The position numbers were made by a program, and so were the translations under genes. 26,239 nucleotides of DNA, taken from a virus. Every line of letters starts with the position of its first letter. The first letter of the stretch is position 1. The notes beneath the pieces are model-generated. The model was given only the letters and a program-made list of their open reading frames with translations. It searched no databases and was not told the origin of the DNA. The stretch spans positions 1 to 26,239 of the IMG/VR virus record IMGVR_UViG_2811995091_000048; one strand, 5' to 3'. This document shows, piece after piece, positions 24,946-26,239 of the stretch.

Positions 24946-26238
24946 ATGGCTCTGAACTTTGATGATTTTTTGAAAAAGAACATAACCTCATTAGAACCAA
25001 AAAAAGACTCATCGAACATACTGAGTGGTTTTAATGGTATGGGGGATAAATTTGTTTTAATAAAACCCATTAATAATATGTTCGAAGCAGGACATATATT
25101 CACAATAACAGATGGAAAAGAAAATGCTGATATTATTTCTTTTGGAAATGGTATTGGTGAGGTTTTTCTTTTAGATGAAGAAAATAAATTATTTTGTTTT
25201 CGGGGTTCTGTTTCAACCATAAAAGAAAATTTTAACAAATTAGAAGAAACCAAAACTTCATCAGAAAAACCAAAAACAGAAGTAACAAAAGAAGTAGTAG
25301 AAATTAGAGAAGTTCGGGTATCGGGTCCGAAAGGTGAACAGGGAATTAGGGGTGATAAAGGAGAACCCGGTTCTCCCGGAATGTTAGGACAAAAAGGAGA
25401 TGAGGGAAAGCAAGGACTTCAAGGTGAACAAGGACTTCAAGGTGAACAAGGACTTCAAGGTGAGAAGGGTGAACAAGGACTTCAAGGTGAACAGGGACTT
25501 CTGGGTGAACAAGGACTTCAAGGTGAACAAGGACTTCAAGGTGAGAAGGGCGATGGGGGGGATAAAGGTGAACAAGGACTTCAAGGTGAGAAGGGCGAAC
25601 AAGGACTTCAAGGTAAACAAGGAATTCAAGGTGAGAAGGGTGAACAAGGACTTCGAGGTGAGAAGGGCGAACAAGGACTTCAAGGTAAACAAGGACTTCG
25701 GGGCGAGAAGGGAGATAGGGGGGATAAAGGGGATAGGGGTGCAGAAGGAAAACGGGGCGAAAAAGGAAGTACAGGCATCGAAGGGAAGCAAGGGCTAAAA
25801 GGAGATAAAGGGGATAGGGGAGAAGATGTTTTTGAAAACACTGACTTCCAATTTCCTTTAAGATTTGATAAAAATAAAAATAGGGTTTTCGTAGATACAA
25901 AAACATTAGAAGGATTAGTATCAGTTCCAGCAGGACAGAACGGACCAGATTGGCCTGCGATGCATGATTGGTTAGCAGCAGCGGGTGGTGCTGTTGGAAT
26001 TTATGATGAAGGAAATTTAGTATTAAAATCTGTCAATGATATTAATTTCAAAGGAAGTGGTGTTTCCCTTGTCAGAAAAGGAAAAAATATTGAATTAACA
26101 TTCACAGACACAGGAACATTTACTGAATCATCTTCTGCGCCTTCTAGTCCATCTAACGGTGATAGATGGTATGATACAACCATTGGCAAATTATATACAT
26201 ATGTTACTTCTGAATCTGCGTGGATCGAATTTTCATAA
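24946..26238 (+). CDS. collagen-like phage fibre/virion protein
   Basis: 56 consecutive Gly-X-Y triplets, then AGGAVGIYDEG...INFKGSGV and a C-terminal PSNGDRWYDT..G.LYTY....WIEFS module; complete with TAA at 26236-26238. Confidence 0.85.
   Translation: MALNFDDFLKKNITSLEPKKDSSNILSGFNGMGDKFVLIKPINNMFEAGHIFTITDGKENADIISFGNGIGEVFLLDEENKLFCFRGSVSTIKENFNKLEETKTSSEKPKTEVTKEVVEIREVRVSGPKGEQGIRGDKGEPGSPGMLGQKGDEGKQGLQGEQGLQGEQGLQGEKGEQGLQGEQGLLGEQGLQGEQGLQGEKGDGGDKGEQGLQGEKGEQGLQGKQGIQGEKGEQGLRGEKGEQGLQGKQGLRGEKGDRGDKGDRGAEGKRGEKGSTGIEGKQGLKGDKGDRGEDVFENTDFQFPLRFDKNKNRVFVDTKTLEGLVSVPAGQNGPDWPAMHDWLAAAGGAVGIYDEGNLVLKSVNDINFKGSGVSLVRKGKNIELTFTDTGTFTESSSAPSSPSNGDRWYDTTIGKLYTYVTSESAWIEFS
25324..25827 (+). 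repeat. collagen Gly-X-Y repeat containing degenerate 9/18-nt tandem repeats (GGTGAACAAGGACTTCAA)
   Basis: Counted by hand: GPK to GED = 56 triplets = 504 nt; the 18-mer recurs many times between ~25410 and ~25700. Confidence 0.95.
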
Positions 26239-26239
26239 A

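Noticed and set aside
24940-24946. ATAAATA just before the collagen gene
   Set aside because: Overlaps the start codon, so it cannot serve as this gene's promoter; better explained as the TAA stop plus RBS spacer.
25405-25700. Direct repeats that could be mistaken for a CRISPR array
   Set aside because: Repeats are 9/18-nt in-frame coding units with no unique spacers, and no cas genes are present.
25324-25827. Mimivirus-style hydroxylysine glycosylation of the collagen lysines
   Set aside because: No 2OG-Fe(II) hydroxylase is recognisable in the window; this would need a search of the rest of the genome.
25346-25906. Long alternative-frame and antisense ORFs (25346-25906 -, 25384-25791 -, 25400-25798 +) with repetitive translations
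   Set aside because: Shadows of the stop-free collagen repeat; they coincide with the repeat and have no independent RBS or domain.
1-26239. Stop-codon recoding as an explanation for the short enzymes
   Set aside because: gp44 (TGA) and gp62 (TAG) end at expected lengths, and the short DegT and UGD end in TAA with the next gene adjacent; the standard code fits.
1-26239. tRNAs, introns, inteins, homing endonucleases, integrases, intrinsic terminators
   Set aside because: Intergenic gaps are at most ~50 nt, and no supporting motifs or GC-rich hairpins with U-tracts were seen by eye.

Overview
AT-rich, gene-dense segment of a T4-like (Tevenvirinae/Kyanoviridae-like) myophage genome, with every credible gene on the + strand. 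The left part (1-5711) is the T4-type replication core: gp46 (5'-truncated by the window edge), four accessory ORFs, gp45 sliding clamp, gp44/gp62 clamp loader and regA. Where gp43 normally follows regA there is instead an ~18.6 kb, tightly coupled 24-ORF glycan island (5715-24348). It holds 13 intact-looking glycosyltransferase-like genes (GT77-like, GT10, GT11, GT47, GT-D, GT8-like, GT4-like, GT9-like, GT2-TPR), three methyltransferases, an RmlB-type dehydratase, a shortened DegT aminotransferase, a formyltransferase, an epimerase, a shortened UDP-glucose dehydrogenase, a cytidylyltransferase, DUF6165 and one chimeric GT/RmlB remnant. The island runs into probable late virion genes, including a fibre protein with 56 uninterrupted Gly-X-Y triplets. 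The most promising system is phage-encoded synthesis of a methylated, possibly N-formylated and fucosylated glycan, plausibly displayed on the virion. All family assignments come from motif recognition by eye; no database search was run.
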